A DNA stretch of 64,000 nucleotides from an uncultured Chloroflexia bacterium. GTDB taxonomy: Bacteria > Chloroflexota > Limnocylindria > Limnocylindrales > CSP1-4. The stretch spans positions 1,200,350 to 1,264,349 of the forward strand of contig CAVONW010000003.1 of assembly GCA_963697415.1 (NCBI GenBank), written 5' to 3'. Position numbers and translations under genes: made by a program. Numbering within the stretch: the first letter of the stretch is position 1; each line of letters starts with the position of its first letter. Positions 37,940 to 47,608 of this stretch are shown here, one piece after another. Under the pieces are notes generated by a model. That model was not told where the DNA came from, made no database searches, and saw only the letters and a list, made by a program, of their open reading frames with translations.

Positions 37940-38797
37940 TCAACTCCCCCGGGTTGCGACAACGGAGAACGAAAGCGGAACTCGGCCACGTTCCTCTGGC
38001 CGGACGTCTCGATGGCCGGCCCACCAGTCCACCGGGTGTTCCGTGACGCGCTCCAGTCGGAGTCCGGCGCCGAGCAGCGCCGTCACGATCTCGCCGAGCG
38101 TCCAGGCCCGCGCGAACTTCCAGCCCTGATCGTCCTCGGCGATCGAAAGCCGGTCGATGTACTCGGGCGCCCAGCCCTTCGATGCCTCGGGACCGCCGAA
38201 GTAGTCGTAGTCGGTCGCGATCCAGTGGCCGTCTTCGTCGGCATCGAACAGCCACTCTGCCGGGTGGCCGTCGAAGATCACGAGGCGACCCGCGGAAGCC
38301 AGGAGCCGGTGCAGGACGGAGGCCCAGGCGTCGAGGTTCTGGATCCAGATGATCGAGCCGCGCCCCGTATAGACGAGGTCGGCCGTGCCGTCGAGCTCTT
38401 GCGGCGCGTCCAGGACGTCGGATTCGATCCAGCGGGCCGGCGCGCCCGTCGCCGCCGTGAGCCGGGCGGCCAGGTCCAGCATCCGGGGGCTGATGTCGAT
38501 CCCGATCACCTCGTCCGCGCCCAGGTTCCACAGGGACAGCGTGTCGCGGCCGCCGGCGCACTGGAGATGGATGGCGCGCCGGCATCGGCCGTGCAGATCG
38601 CCGATCAGGTCGTGCTCCACGGGAAACAGGTTTGAGCCACCGGACCGGATGAGCTCAACCGCCTCGTCGAACCAGCCCTCATAGCGTTCGGCCGCCTCGT
38701 CCCAGGCTGCCCGGTTCGAGGCATGCATGGCGCGGATGTCCGACGCCTCCGCCGGCGTGGCGGGACGAACGTTGCTGGTGCCGGCGGGTTCGGTCAT
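37940..38797 (-). CDS. class I SAM-dependent methyltransferase
   Basis: 285 aa; motif I LQCAGGRDTLSLWNLGADEVIGIDIS, motif post-I, ...ADLVYTG... Confidence 0.75.
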   Translation of the reverse strand: MTEPAGTSNVRPATPAEASDIRAMHASNRAAWDEAAERYEGWFDEAVELIRSGGSNLFPVEHDLIGDLHGRCRRAIHLQCAGGRDTLSLWNLGADEVIGIDISPRMLDLAARLTAATGAPARWIESDVLDAPQELDGTADLVYTGRGSIIWIQNLDAWASVLHRLLASAGRLVIFDGHPAEWLFDADEDGHWIATDYDYFGGPEASKGWAPEYIDRLSIAEDDQGWKFARAWTLGEIVTALLGAGLRLERVTEHPVDWWAGHRDVRPEERGRVPLSFSVVATRGS

Positions 38798-38991
38798 CGG
38801 ATGCCGAGTCTACCGGCGTCCAGTACCTCGGCGGGGGCGACGGCCCGAGGCCCTTGCCGCTTGGTGCGAGATTCCGTGCCGAACGGCCCGTCAACTGGCG
38901 GCAGCCAAGTCGTATCGTGAACTGCTCGACGATGGTCGCTAACCGGCCGTCGTCGCCGTTTCCGAAACCCGACCATCTGCTCAGAGTCCTG

Positions 38992-39663
38992 ATGTCCACG
39001 ACGAACACCCTGCCCGCCAGCCAGCCGCTTGCGCGCGAGATCGGGGATCACCGCGCGTTCTTCCTGATCATGGCGATCGTCACCGTCGCGATCATCGGTG
39101 CTGCGATCGGCAAGGGGCTGCTCTCCACGAGCGGACCGGCCGCCCCGTCCGGCCCCAGCCCGTATGCCTACCCGGAGGTGAGGCCCGCGCCGGCGCTCGC
39201 CCTCATCGACCAGGACGAGCGACCGTTCGACTTCGCCTCATTCCGGGGCACGCCCGCCCTCGTCTTCTTCGGCTACACCCACTGCCCGGATATCTGCCCG
39301 GCCACGATCGGCGACCTCAACGAGGTGCTGAAGCAGCGCCCGGGGGGCGTGAGGATCGTGTTTGTCAGCGTGGATCCCGAGCGCGACACGCCCGCGTTCC
39401 TGCGCGACTACATGCGCTACATGCCGACCGGCTACGTCACGCTGACCGGCTCGGCAGCCCAGGTCAGGGCCACTGCGGACGCGTGGGGCGTTCGCTATGA
39501 GCGGGAGGAGACCGGGTCCGCCGATGGCTACGCCGTTGCCCACACCGTCAAGGTCTACCTCGTCGATGGACTGGGTGACCTTCGTGCGCGATACCCGTTC
39601 GCCACGCCACCTCAAGCGATGATCGACGACCTCGATCGCCTCACCCACGAGACCCATGGATAG
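38992..39663 (+). CDS. SCO1/SenC family copper chaperone (thioredoxin fold, CxxxC)
   Basis: TM anchor FFLIMAIVTVAIIGAAI, ...ALVFFGYTHCPDICP..., conserved distal His (YAVAHTVKVYLVD); start could be ATG 38932 instead. Confidence 0.75.
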   Translation: MSTTNTLPASQPLAREIGDHRAFFLIMAIVTVAIIGAAIGKGLLSTSGPAAPSGPSPYAYPEVRPAPALALIDQDERPFDFASFRGTPALVFFGYTHCPDICPATIGDLNEVLKQRPGGVRIVFVSVDPERDTPAFLRDYMRYMPTGYVTLTGSAAQVRATADAWGVRYEREETGSADGYAVAHTVKVYLVDGLGDLRARYPFATPPQAMIDDLDRLTHETHG

Positions 39664-40135
39664 GAGATTTCGCGTGACCGCACCTCGCCGAACCGCCCGC
39701 CTTGCGGGCATCGTGGCCTTGGCACTCGCCGCCCTTGCCGGCTGTACCGGAAGCGGCTCCAGCCCGAGTGATGGCGCGATGGTTGTCTCGGGCGCGTGGG
39801 CTCGAGCGAGCATGTCAATGGACCGGGCCGTAGCGGTCTATCTCGCCATCGAGAACGGGACCGGCACGGATGACGCACTCGTCAGCGTCGCATCCCCGGC
39901 AGGGACGGCCGAGATCCACGAGACCATCGCCGGCGACGCCGGAATGATGGCGATGCAGCCCGTCGACAGGATCGCCCTCGCAAAGGGCGAGACCGTCGAG
40001 CTCAAGCCGGGTGGCTATCACATCATGCTCATCAACCTGGCCTCGATGCTCGCGCCGGGCACATCCGTCGAGCTGACGCTCACGTTCGAGCACGCTGCCC
40101 CGGTCACGGTCAGCGCCGAGGTGCGCGCCAACTAG
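39656..40135 (+). CDS. PCu(A)C-type periplasmic copper chaperone lipoprotein (DUF461)
   Basis: Lipobox ALAALAGC; H...M...M motifs (IHETIAGDAGMMAMQPV, GGYHIMLINL) characteristic of PCuAC. Confidence 0.7.
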   Translation: MDRRFRVTAPRRTARLAGIVALALAALAGCTGSGSSPSDGAMVVSGAWARASMSMDRAVAVYLAIENGTGTDDALVSVASPAGTAEIHETIAGDAGMMAMQPVDRIALAKGETVELKPGGYHIMLINLASMLAPGTSVELTLTFEHAAPVTVSAEVRAN

Positions 40136-40208
40136 CCTCGGCGCCCCAGGAACTCGGCCGGCTCAGCCACCCCTGACCCTGAAGCGAGCGCGCCTGCTAG
40201 CCTGCGGC

Positions 40209-40709
40209 GTGACCGAATCCGTCTCGACCCCGGCCCTCGACGCCGTTGCCGCTGCCGGAATCCCGCATCGTGTCGTCCGGATCGAGCCGGCCCGGAGCGC
40301 CGAGGAAGCCGCCGACCGCCAGGGCATCCCGCTTCGGGCGCTCCTTCGGACGATCGTCGTGCGCCGTGGCGAGGACGACTACCTGTTCGTGCTGGTTCCG
40401 GCCGGCCGCCGGTTCGACTGGCCGAAGCTGCGCGCCCATCTCGGCGTCAGCCGGATGTCCCTGCCCGACGCGGATGAGGCGCAGGCCGTCACGGGCTACG
40501 TCCGCTACACGATCACGCCGTTCGGGTCCACACGTCCCTGGCCGGTGATCGCCGACGCCGCAATCCTCGATGCGCCGCTCGTCTCGGTCGGCGGCGGAGC
40601 GTTCGGGGTGAACATCCACCTTTCCGCGGCGGACCTCGTCTCGTCGCTGGCCGCGGACGTCGTGGACGTCACGCAACCTGAGTCGGAGGTTCCCGCTCCG
40701 AGAGCCTGA
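40209..40709 (+). CDS. YbaK/ProX-family aminoacyl-tRNA deacylase (trans-editing domain)
   Basis: 166 aa; GIPHRVV..., ...LRTIVV...DYLFVLVPAGRRFDWPKL..., ...GYVRYTITPFG; GTG start. Confidence 0.75.
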   Translation: MTESVSTPALDAVAAAGIPHRVVRIEPARSAEEAADRQGIPLRALLRTIVVRRGEDDYLFVLVPAGRRFDWPKLRAHLGVSRMSLPDADEAQAVTGYVRYTITPFGSTRPWPVIADAAILDAPLVSVGGGAFGVNIHLSAADLVSSLAADVVDVTQPESEVPAPRA

Positions 40710-40753
40710 TCAGGCGAGATCGTCCCGGTGCCGTGCCCCGCCCGGCAGGCCGG

Positions 40754-41389
40754 CTACGTCCAGAGGTTCGGATCGCGGAGCGTTGCCCCGATCCTCGTCG
40801 CCAGTCGATCGAGGACCGCCCACCAGTCCGTGTGGCTCGTGACGTCGGACGCGCGCATCGTCACGAGGCGGTCGGCGTCCACGAAGGTCGGCAGCCGCTG
40901 CTCGAGGATCTCCTCCACCTCGTCGCGGAACGCGTCGCTGGTCGAGCGGACGCCGTCGGCCTGGAGGGCGATGTCGGGGAGCAGGCGCACGACGAGGTCG
41001 TACGTCTCCGACCAGGCGCGAACGAGGGGCTCGATCCCGAACCGGTCCACGCCGCCGCAGGCCCGCAGGTAGTAGGCGAAGTTGTCCATCACGCCGCGGT
41101 CGGTGGCGAGGACGTCGGCCTTGTGGGCCAGCTCCAGCTCCTGGCGGATCTGCGACACCAGCACCCATAGCTGCGCCTCGCCGGTCGCCCGTTCGTTGAT
41201 CCCGAGTGGGTTGTCGCGGACCACCTCGCGGCCCAGCTCTACCGAACGCCCGGCACGCTGGACCGTGGCCGCAAAGGCCAGGAGGGCGGTCGTCTTCCGA
41301 ATGCCATGCGATCCGATGAACGCGATCTTTGCCGGTCGCGGCCAGCCCTCGTGCTGTGAGGGCGGCGGGGTGGCGCGGCGCTTTGTCAA
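40754..41389 (-). CDS. P-loop NTPase (AAA_28/NadR-kinase-like ATP-binding protein)
   Basis: 211 aa, TTG start with GGAG RBS 6 nt upstream (no ATG/GTG alternative in frame before the upstream gene stop); Walker A IAFIGSHGIRKTT. Confidence 0.6.
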   Translation of the reverse strand: MTKRRATPPPSQHEGWPRPAKIAFIGSHGIRKTTALLAFAATVQRAGRSVELGREVVRDNPLGINERATGEAQLWVLVSQIRQELELAHKADVLATDRGVMDNFAYYLRACGGVDRFGIEPLVRAWSETYDLVVRLLPDIALQADGVRSTSDAFRDEVEEILEQRLPTFVDADRLVTMRASDVTSHTDWWAVLDRLATRIGATLRDPNLWT

Positions 41390-41422
41390 TCGAGGCTCCG
41401 AGGTTCCGTCGGTGCTGCGAGC

Positions 41423-42940
41423 CTACGCCCCCGGCGTGGAGCGGCGGATGAAGTCCGCCAGGTCGGCGGACTGCTGCAGTCGCGACGGTTCGTGGACGTA
41501 CATCATGTGGCCCGCTTCGTAATGGGCGAACTCGACGTTCGAGCGAAGCTCGGCCGGGATCGGCAGGTGTGCGGCGACGTGCTCGGCCGCGAAGTGCGGG
41601 GTGGCGCCGTCGTAGTAGCCGCACGCGACATGGACCCGCAGGTGCGGGTTGGCGCGCATCGTGGCGCCCAGGTCGGTCACGACCGAGACGGAGCGGCCCT
41701 CGAACTCCTTGTACGACCAGGTCTCATTGACCGGGCCGGCCAGGATCTCGTACGGCAGGTCGTTCTCGTAGCCGAGCTCATCGCGGACGTACTGGTTGAG
41801 CGCCGCCGTGTACGGGCCCTGGATGTGCGAATAGGAGGCATCGGCCGAGAACTGTTCCCGGCCACCGTCCGGCTCTGGGCCCGTGAACCGTGCGTCGAGG
41901 CGGCCCACGGACAGGCCCTGGTCGCGCAACAGCTCCGTGAAGTACCGGACATGCTCGATGCGGAGGTTCACGCGGTCCACGTATTCGCGGCGCAGGCCGG
42001 TGAGCCGGGCCACCTTCGCGACGGCCGCGCGGCGCTCGGCAGCGGACAGCCGGTGGCCGCGCGCCAGCACCCGCGGGTAGTCACCCGCCGCGTACGCCTC
42101 GGCCTCGTCGATGACCTGCCGGAGCGTCCGCCCTGGGTGCTTCCCGTGGTAGTGGGCGACCGCGGCGTATGTCGGGAGGTACAGCGCATACGGGGCGTCG
42201 TTGCCGTCGCTGAAGACGATCGTCCCGAGGTCGAGGACGGACGAGACCAGGATGATCCCGTTGAGGAACATCCCGTGCCGCGTCTGGAGATGCGCGGCCA
42301 GCCCGGCGGCGCGAAGCGTGCCGTATGACTCGCCGGCCAGGAACTTCGGCGACATCCAGCGGCCGTTCCTCGATGTCCACAGCCGGATCACCTCACCGAC
42401 GGACTCGATGTCGCGGGTGAATCCGTGGTAGTCGGCCGGCTTGACGCCCTCGACGGTCCGCGAGTAGCCGGTCGCAACGGGATCGATGAACACGAGGTCC
42501 GAGTGGACGAGCAGGCTCTCGACGTTGTCGACGAGGTCATAGGGCGGCGGCACCGGCGCCCCGACGTCTCCCGTGACGACCCGGCGTGGTCCGAGCAGCC
42601 CAAGATGGAGCCACACGCTGGACGAGCCCGGTCCGCCGTTGAAGGCGAAGGTCACGGGCCGCTTGCGCCGATCTGCACCGTCGAGGGTGTAGGCCGTGAC
42701 GAAGACGGTCGCCTTCGGCTTGAATCCGGACGCCTTGCCATCCTCGATGGCTTCCTCGCGCAGGACGATCCGGCCGGTCTGCGAGGTGTAGGCGAGCTTC
42801 TTGCGACCGACCGTGAAGGTGTGCTTTCGCTCGACGAGGTCGTCGGTCGGATCCGCGGGCTTGGTGGTCTCGGCCACAGCCGGCTTGGCCTCTTCGCCGG
42901 CCTTGGCCGTCTTGGCAGCTTCCTGTTTCTCGTCGGGCAT
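41423..42940 (-). CDS. S10 family serine carboxypeptidase
   Basis: 505 aa; FAFNGGPGSSS, active-site GESYG, ...AGHMMYV (catalytic His); Lys/Ala-rich N-terminal tail without signal peptide; starts 2 nt after pntB stop. Confidence 0.8.
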   Translation of the reverse strand: MPDEKQEAAKTAKAGEEAKPAVAETTKPADPTDDLVERKHTFTVGRKKLAYTSQTGRIVLREEAIEDGKASGFKPKATVFVTAYTLDGADRRKRPVTFAFNGGPGSSSVWLHLGLLGPRRVVTGDVGAPVPPPYDLVDNVESLLVHSDLVFIDPVATGYSRTVEGVKPADYHGFTRDIESVGEVIRLWTSRNGRWMSPKFLAGESYGTLRAAGLAAHLQTRHGMFLNGIILVSSVLDLGTIVFSDGNDAPYALYLPTYAAVAHYHGKHPGRTLRQVIDEAEAYAAGDYPRVLARGHRLSAAERRAAVAKVARLTGLRREYVDRVNLRIEHVRYFTELLRDQGLSVGRLDARFTGPEPDGGREQFSADASYSHIQGPYTAALNQYVRDELGYENDLPYEILAGPVNETWSYKEFEGRSVSVVTDLGATMRANPHLRVHVACGYYDGATPHFAAEHVAAHLPIPAELRSNVEFAHYEAGHMMYVHEPSRLQQSADLADFIRRSTPGA

Positions 42941-42941
42941 G

Positions 42942-44351
42942 CTAGAGCGCCTTCACGGCGTTGACGAGTTCGGCCAGGCCGGCCTTGGCGTCGGCAAACA
43001 GCATGCCGGTCTTCGGGTTTCCGTACAGCTCGTTGTCGATGCCGGCGTAGCCGCGGCCCATCGAGCGCTTGATGACGACGATCGACTTGGCGTGGTCCAC
43101 ATCCAGGATCGGCATCCCCGAGACCGGGCTGCCGGGCCGCCGGGCGGCTGGGTTCGTCACGTCGTTGGCGCCCACGACGAGTGCCACGTCGCAGCGGTCG
43201 AACTCCGGGTTGATGTCGTCCATCTCCTTGAGCTGGGGATATGGCACGTTGGCCTCGGCGAGGAGCACGTTCATGTGCCCCGGCATCCGGCCCGCGACCG
43301 GGTGGATGGCGTACTTGACGTCCACGCCACGCTCCTCGAGCAGCTCCGCGAGCTCGCGGACGGCGTGCTGGGCCTGGGCAACGGCCAGGCCGTAGCCGGG
43401 GACGATGATCACGGAGCTGGCGTAGGCGAGCTGGATCGCGACGTCGTCCGCGCCGATGGCCCGAACCGAGCCTCCGGCGCCCGCGACCGCGCCGATCGTG
43501 CCCTCGCCGCCGCCGAAGCCGCCGAGCATGATGTTGAGGACAGACCGGTTCATCGCGTCCGCCATGAGCTTCGTCAGGATCGCGCCGGACGCCCCGACCA
43601 GGGCACCGGCAATGATCAGGACGTCATTGCCGATGACGAAGCCGGCCATCGCCACGGCCGTGCCGGTGAACGAGTTGAGCAGGCTGATGACCACCGGCAT
43701 GTCTGCGCCGCCGATCGGCAGGACCATCGTCACGCCGAAGACGAGCGCGGCCGCGAGGATCAGGAACATCACCGGGACGCTGATCGCGCCGGTCCACAGG
43801 TAGAGCGAGCCGGCCGCCGCCACGAGGACGATCCCGAGCGTGATCAGGCGGCCGCCTGGAACCATGATCGGCTTGCCGCTGATGATGCCCATCAGCTTGC
43901 CCGAGGCGATGAGCGATCCGGTGAAGGTGATGCTGCCGATCAGGATGTCGAGCACGGTCGGAATGCTGATCTGGAGCGAGATCGAGCTCACCTCGCCCGA
44001 CAGTCGCAGGTAGTCGTCGATCGCGATGAGGGCGGCCGCGCCGCCGCCGACTGCGTTGAACAGCGACACCAGCTGGGGCATCGCCGTCATCTTCACGGTT
44101 CGGGCGGTGTACAGGCCCAGCCCGCCACCGACGGCAATGCCGACGGCGATGATGAGCCAGCCGGTCGGAGCCACGTTGCCGTTGACCGCGAGCAGGACGG
44201 CCGTCCCAACGATCGCAATGGCCATGCCGCCGGCCGAAAGCAGGTTGCCGTTCCGCGCGGTAGCGGGTGAGTTCATCCGCATCAGGCCGATGACGAACGA
44301 CGCCGCTCCCACGAGCCAGGCGATCCGGACCAGGATCTCGATGCCGTCCAT
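42942..44351 (-). CDS. pntB: NAD(P) transhydrogenase subunit beta
   Basis: 469 aa; multi-TM N-terminal domain and C-terminal NADP(H)-binding domain (...GYAGIDNELY...). Confidence 0.9.
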   Translation of the reverse strand: MDGIEILVRIAWLVGAASFVIGLMRMNSPATARNGNLLSAGGMAIAIVGTAVLLAVNGNVAPTGWLIIAVGIAVGGGLGLYTARTVKMTAMPQLVSLFNAVGGGAAALIAIDDYLRLSGEVSSISLQISIPTVLDILIGSITFTGSLIASGKLMGIISGKPIMVPGGRLITLGIVLVAAAGSLYLWTGAISVPVMFLILAAALVFGVTMVLPIGGADMPVVISLLNSFTGTAVAMAGFVIGNDVLIIAGALVGASGAILTKLMADAMNRSVLNIMLGGFGGGEGTIGAVAGAGGSVRAIGADDVAIQLAYASSVIIVPGYGLAVAQAQHAVRELAELLEERGVDVKYAIHPVAGRMPGHMNVLLAEANVPYPQLKEMDDINPEFDRCDVALVVGANDVTNPAARRPGSPVSGMPILDVDHAKSIVVIKRSMGRGYAGIDNELYGNPKTGMLFADAKAGLAELVNAVKAL

Positions 44352-44354
44352 CGG

Positions 44355-44696
44355 TCAGGCCCCGGCCTTCTCGGACGGGGTGGTCGGTGCCGGTGTGGCT
44401 GTCGTGGGTTCCGCGGGCTTCTTCTTGAACATCTGGAGCATCCGGTCCGTCACGACGTAGCCGCCCACGACATTCATCGTCGCGAAGGCCACGGCGACCA
44501 GACTGAGGATCTGGCTGAGGAGGTCCGTCGCCGACGCGGCGATGAGCATCGAACCGACGAGGACGATGCCGTGGATCGAGTTCGCGCCGGACATCAGGGG
44601 CGTGTGGAGCGTGGCCGGAACCTTGCTGATGACGGCGAAGCCACACAGGATGGCGAGGACGAAGACCGTCAGCGCGGCCAGGAGTTCGGTGTTCAC
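44355..44696 (-). CDS. pntAB: NAD(P) transhydrogenase subunit alpha part 2 (membrane)
   Basis: 113 aa, 3 TM (ALTVFVLAILCGFAVI, IHGIVLVGSMLIAA, LSLVAVAFATMNVVGGYVV). Confidence 0.8.
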   Translation of the reverse strand: MNTELLAALTVFVLAILCGFAVISKVPATLHTPLMSGANSIHGIVLVGSMLIAASATDLLSQILSLVAVAFATMNVVGGYVVTDRMLQMFKKKPAEPTTATPAPTTPSEKAGA

Positions 44697-45844
44697 GCGG
44701 CGCCTCCGGCGGGCTGCAGCAGCTTCTTCACGGCCTCCGAGCGAATCTCGCCACCGTGAGTGATCGTCACCGGGCCGGCGATCTCGTCCTCCGGGTCCAG
44801 GTTGAGCGCACCGTCCTTCACGAGTTGGAGCAGGAGCGCGGACAGGTTCCGGGCGTAGAACGCGGACGACCCGACCGGCATCGTTGCCGGCAGGTTGTCG
44901 GGCGCGAGGATCGTGACGAGGTTGTCGGTCACGACATCCTCGCCGGCCTTCGACAGCTCGCAGTTCCCGCCGAGTGCGGACGCGGCCATGTCCAGGATGA
45001 CCGAGCCCGGCCTCATGAGCGCGACAGCCGCGGCGGTCACCAGGACCGGCGGCTTGCGGCCCGGGATCTGGGCGGTGGTGATCACGATGTCCATCCCACC
45101 GATGACCTCGTTGAGCTCGGCCTGTTGGGCTGCGCGCTCTTCCGGGGTCAGCTCGCGCGCGTATCCGCCAGCACCGGTGGCGTCGATCTGGGTCTTCAGG
45201 GTCACGAACTGGGCACCCAGCGACAGTGCCTGCTCGCGCGTCTCCGGGCGCACGTCGTACGCCTTGACCACCGCACCCAGGCGGCGGGCCGTGCCGATCG
45301 CCTGGAGACCGGCCACGCCGATGCCCAGGATGAGCACGTTCGCCGGCTTCGCGGTCCCGGCGGCCGTGGTCAGGAGCGGGAAGTACCGTCCGAAGGCGTT
45401 GGCGGCGATGAGGACCGCCTTGTAGCCGCCGACGTTGGCCTGGGACGACAGGGCATCCATGGTCTGCGCCCGGGACAGCATCCGCGGGATCGCATCCAGG
45501 CTGATCGCGCTCACGCCCGCACTGGCGAGGGACGCCATGAGCTGCGGATCCAGCAGCGGCTGGAGCAGTCCCACAACAGCCTGCCCGGACCGGAGGCGCT
45601 TCGCCTCGGCCTCGTTCGGCTTCGCGATCCGGACGATGGCGTCCGCGGTTGTGTACAGCGCGTCGGTTGAGACGATCGCCGCGCCGGCATCGGCGTAAGC
45701 CGAGTCCGGGATGAGCGCGCCGAGACCTGCGCCGGCCTCGACGAGAATCTCCAGCCCGGCCGCCTGCAGCTTGCCGAGGGCTTCGGGCACCAAGGCTACG
45801 CGTCGCTCGCCGGGCGCGGTCTCCCTGGCGACTCCGATCTTCAT
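44693..45844 (-). CDS. pntAA: NAD(P) transhydrogenase subunit alpha part 1 (NAD(H)-binding)
   Basis: Start at ATG 45844 (MKIGVARETAPGERRVALVPE) with GGTGG RBS; VLILGIGVAGLQAIGTARRLGAVV Rossmann motif; the first 187 aa of the ORF-track entry 44693..46405 are Arg/Pro-rich non-coding. Confidence 0.85.
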   Translation of the reverse strand: MKIGVARETAPGERRVALVPEALGKLQAAGLEILVEAGAGLGALIPDSAYADAGAAIVSTDALYTTADAIVRIAKPNEAEAKRLRSGQAVVGLLQPLLDPQLMASLASAGVSAISLDAIPRMLSRAQTMDALSSQANVGGYKAVLIAANAFGRYFPLLTTAAGTAKPANVLILGIGVAGLQAIGTARRLGAVVKAYDVRPETREQALSLGAQFVTLKTQIDATGAGGYARELTPEERAAQQAELNEVIGGMDIVITTAQIPGRKPPVLVTAAAVALMRPGSVILDMAASALGGNCELSKAGEDVVTDNLVTILAPDNLPATMPVGSSAFYARNLSALLLQLVKDGALNLDPEDEIAGPVTITHGGEIRSEAVKKLLQPAGGAA

Positions 45845-45990
45845 GAGCACCACCTGAGTCTGGGCTTGGGTCCGGTGATTGGCCGCCGCGCCGCCACGCC
45901 GCCTGTCCCTGCTGCGTCGAGGGGCTCGATCGGGGCCGCGCTGAAGGATACCTGCCGAGGGGCGTGGCTGCCGACGGCGGTGCCCGTCGC

Positions 45991-46707
45991 TCAGCCGGCC
46001 GTTGCCGCGCCCGCCACGGCCAGGACCAGGGTGAGGATGTAGACGTGACCGAGGGCGCTCCACCAGATGGAGCGGGTGCGCCAGTTCAGCCAGCCGAAGA
46101 CCATGCCGCCCAGCAGTGTCGAGAACAGTTCGATTTCCGGCTTGCCGAGGTGGACGAAGACGAACGGGAGCTGGGCGACCACGACGCCGAGCGGTCCGAT
46201 CGTCCGGAGGAGCACGAACATCAGGAAGCCGCGAAACAGGAACTCCGACGGGACGAGATCGAGGACGTGGGTCAGGGCGATGTCTCCGACCGGGGCACCC
46301 GAGATCCCGTAGTAGCCGCTGAATTGCGGGTTGGAGCCGAGCGCGATGACGATCGGGGTCATCAGGGCGCAACCGAGGACGGCCAGCGGCAGACCCCAGC
46401 GCCACTCTCCGAGACCGAGCCCATATGCGGCGAGACGGTCACGGAAGGCGAAGACGACCACGAGCGCCGGAACGAGTCCGAACAGGATCACCCGCTCGAG
46501 GGCCTGGTAGCGAAGCGCCCCCGCCGAACGACCGAGCAGCTGGATCTCGAACGGGATCGCGGTCCGCGAGAAGTCGAACAGGACGACCAGGGTCACGATC
46601 GCGATGGCAGTCGTTGCCCGGAGCGGCAGCTCCAGACCCAGGATTCGGACGGTCCGTCGGTCTCCGTCGGAGGGGTCGTAGGTGGGTCCCGCAACGAACC
46701 GCGCCAT
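45991..46707 (-). CDS. CPBP family intramembrane metalloprotease (CAAX protease-like)
   Basis: Start at ATG 46707 (MARFVAGP); EFLFRG motif and downstream FxxxH/H motifs (ALGHVYIL), multiple TM. Confidence 0.7.
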   Translation of the reverse strand: MARFVAGPTYDPSDGDRRTVRILGLELPLRATTAIAIVTLVVLFDFSRTAIPFEIQLLGRSAGALRYQALERVILFGLVPALVVVFAFRDRLAAYGLGLGEWRWGLPLAVLGCALMTPIVIALGSNPQFSGYYGISGAPVGDIALTHVLDLVPSEFLFRGFLMFVLLRTIGPLGVVVAQLPFVFVHLGKPEIELFSTLLGGMVFGWLNWRTRSIWWSALGHVYILTLVLAVAGAATAG

Positions 46708-46759
46708 GAACGAACCGGGCCGGTCGGTCACGACAGCACCGATATCCGATCCGGTCCGG

Positions 46760-47479
46760 TCACTGACATCGAGCGGCTCGAGCAAGGCGCGCGCCGCCGA
46801 CAGCCCCGACCCAGCCGGTGATGAAGGCGAGCACGAATGAAAGGAAGACCACGACACTCGACGAGACGCCCGCGATCGCTCCGGCCGTGAGTAGCTCGGC
46901 GATCCTGGTTCCCGCCACGAAGCCCAGGATCGCACCCGCAACGCCGCCAATGGCCCCGGCCACCGCCGGCACGGTCAACCCGATGTTGAACGACAGGCGG
47001 GTACGCGCCCGCCACAGATGTACGGCGCCGGCGATCGTTGCTAGAGCCGCGCCGGCGTTTGCGGCCCAGAACGGCAGCAGGATCGAACCGCTCCCGCCCC
47101 GCGGCTCGAGCGAGTCGAGGTAGATGTTCGCGTCCCCGTGAGTCACGCGGAGCAGGAGTACGGAGACCGCCCCGAGCAGGAGCGGCCCGGCGACGAGGAT
47201 GGTCACCCGGCTATGCCAGGCACGCTCGCTCCAGGTCAGCACCAGCCCGACCGCCCCGAATTCGAGGAGGAGCCCCGCGTCGCCGGCGCGATCGAATCCG
47301 GTGACATCGAAGAAGCCCTGATACGGCAGCCAGACCCGCATCCACGGGAGGGCCGCACCAACCAGCATTACGCCGAATCCCACGAGGAGCGCGAGCCGGA
47401 CACGGTCGCGCAGCGTCTCGCGCAGGGATCGCCGTTTCGGCGGCACGGGTGCCGGGAACCGCAGCCGATGGTGGTCCAT
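46760..47479 (-). CDS. hypothetical polytopic membrane protein
   Basis: 239 aa, 5-6 hydrophobic helices, no domain recognised. Confidence 0.5.
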   Translation of the reverse strand: MDHHRLRFPAPVPPKRRSLRETLRDRVRLALLVGFGVMLVGAALPWMRVWLPYQGFFDVTGFDRAGDAGLLLEFGAVGLVLTWSERAWHSRVTILVAGPLLLGAVSVLLLRVTHGDANIYLDSLEPRGGSGSILLPFWAANAGAALATIAGAVHLWRARTRLSFNIGLTVPAVAGAIGGVAGAILGFVAGTRIAELLTAGAIAGVSSSVVVFLSFVLAFITGWVGAVGGARLARAARCQ

Positions 47480-47608
47480 GCGGTCACGCTACCGCATTCA
47501 CGTCCCTGACCAGCACATCGCCGGTGTGCCGCCCGATGCGGGTCCCTCGTACCATGGGCGCACGACGGTCGCGGGGCCAGCTGTCCCGGCGAGGGAGGGG
47601 ACCTCCAC

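Noticed and set aside
44355-46405. 570-aa ORF-track entry suggesting a giant PntA
   Set aside because: First 187 codons are non-coding-like; real pntAA starts at 45844 with RBS, and pntAB is a separate 113-aa gene as in split-alpha transhydrogenases
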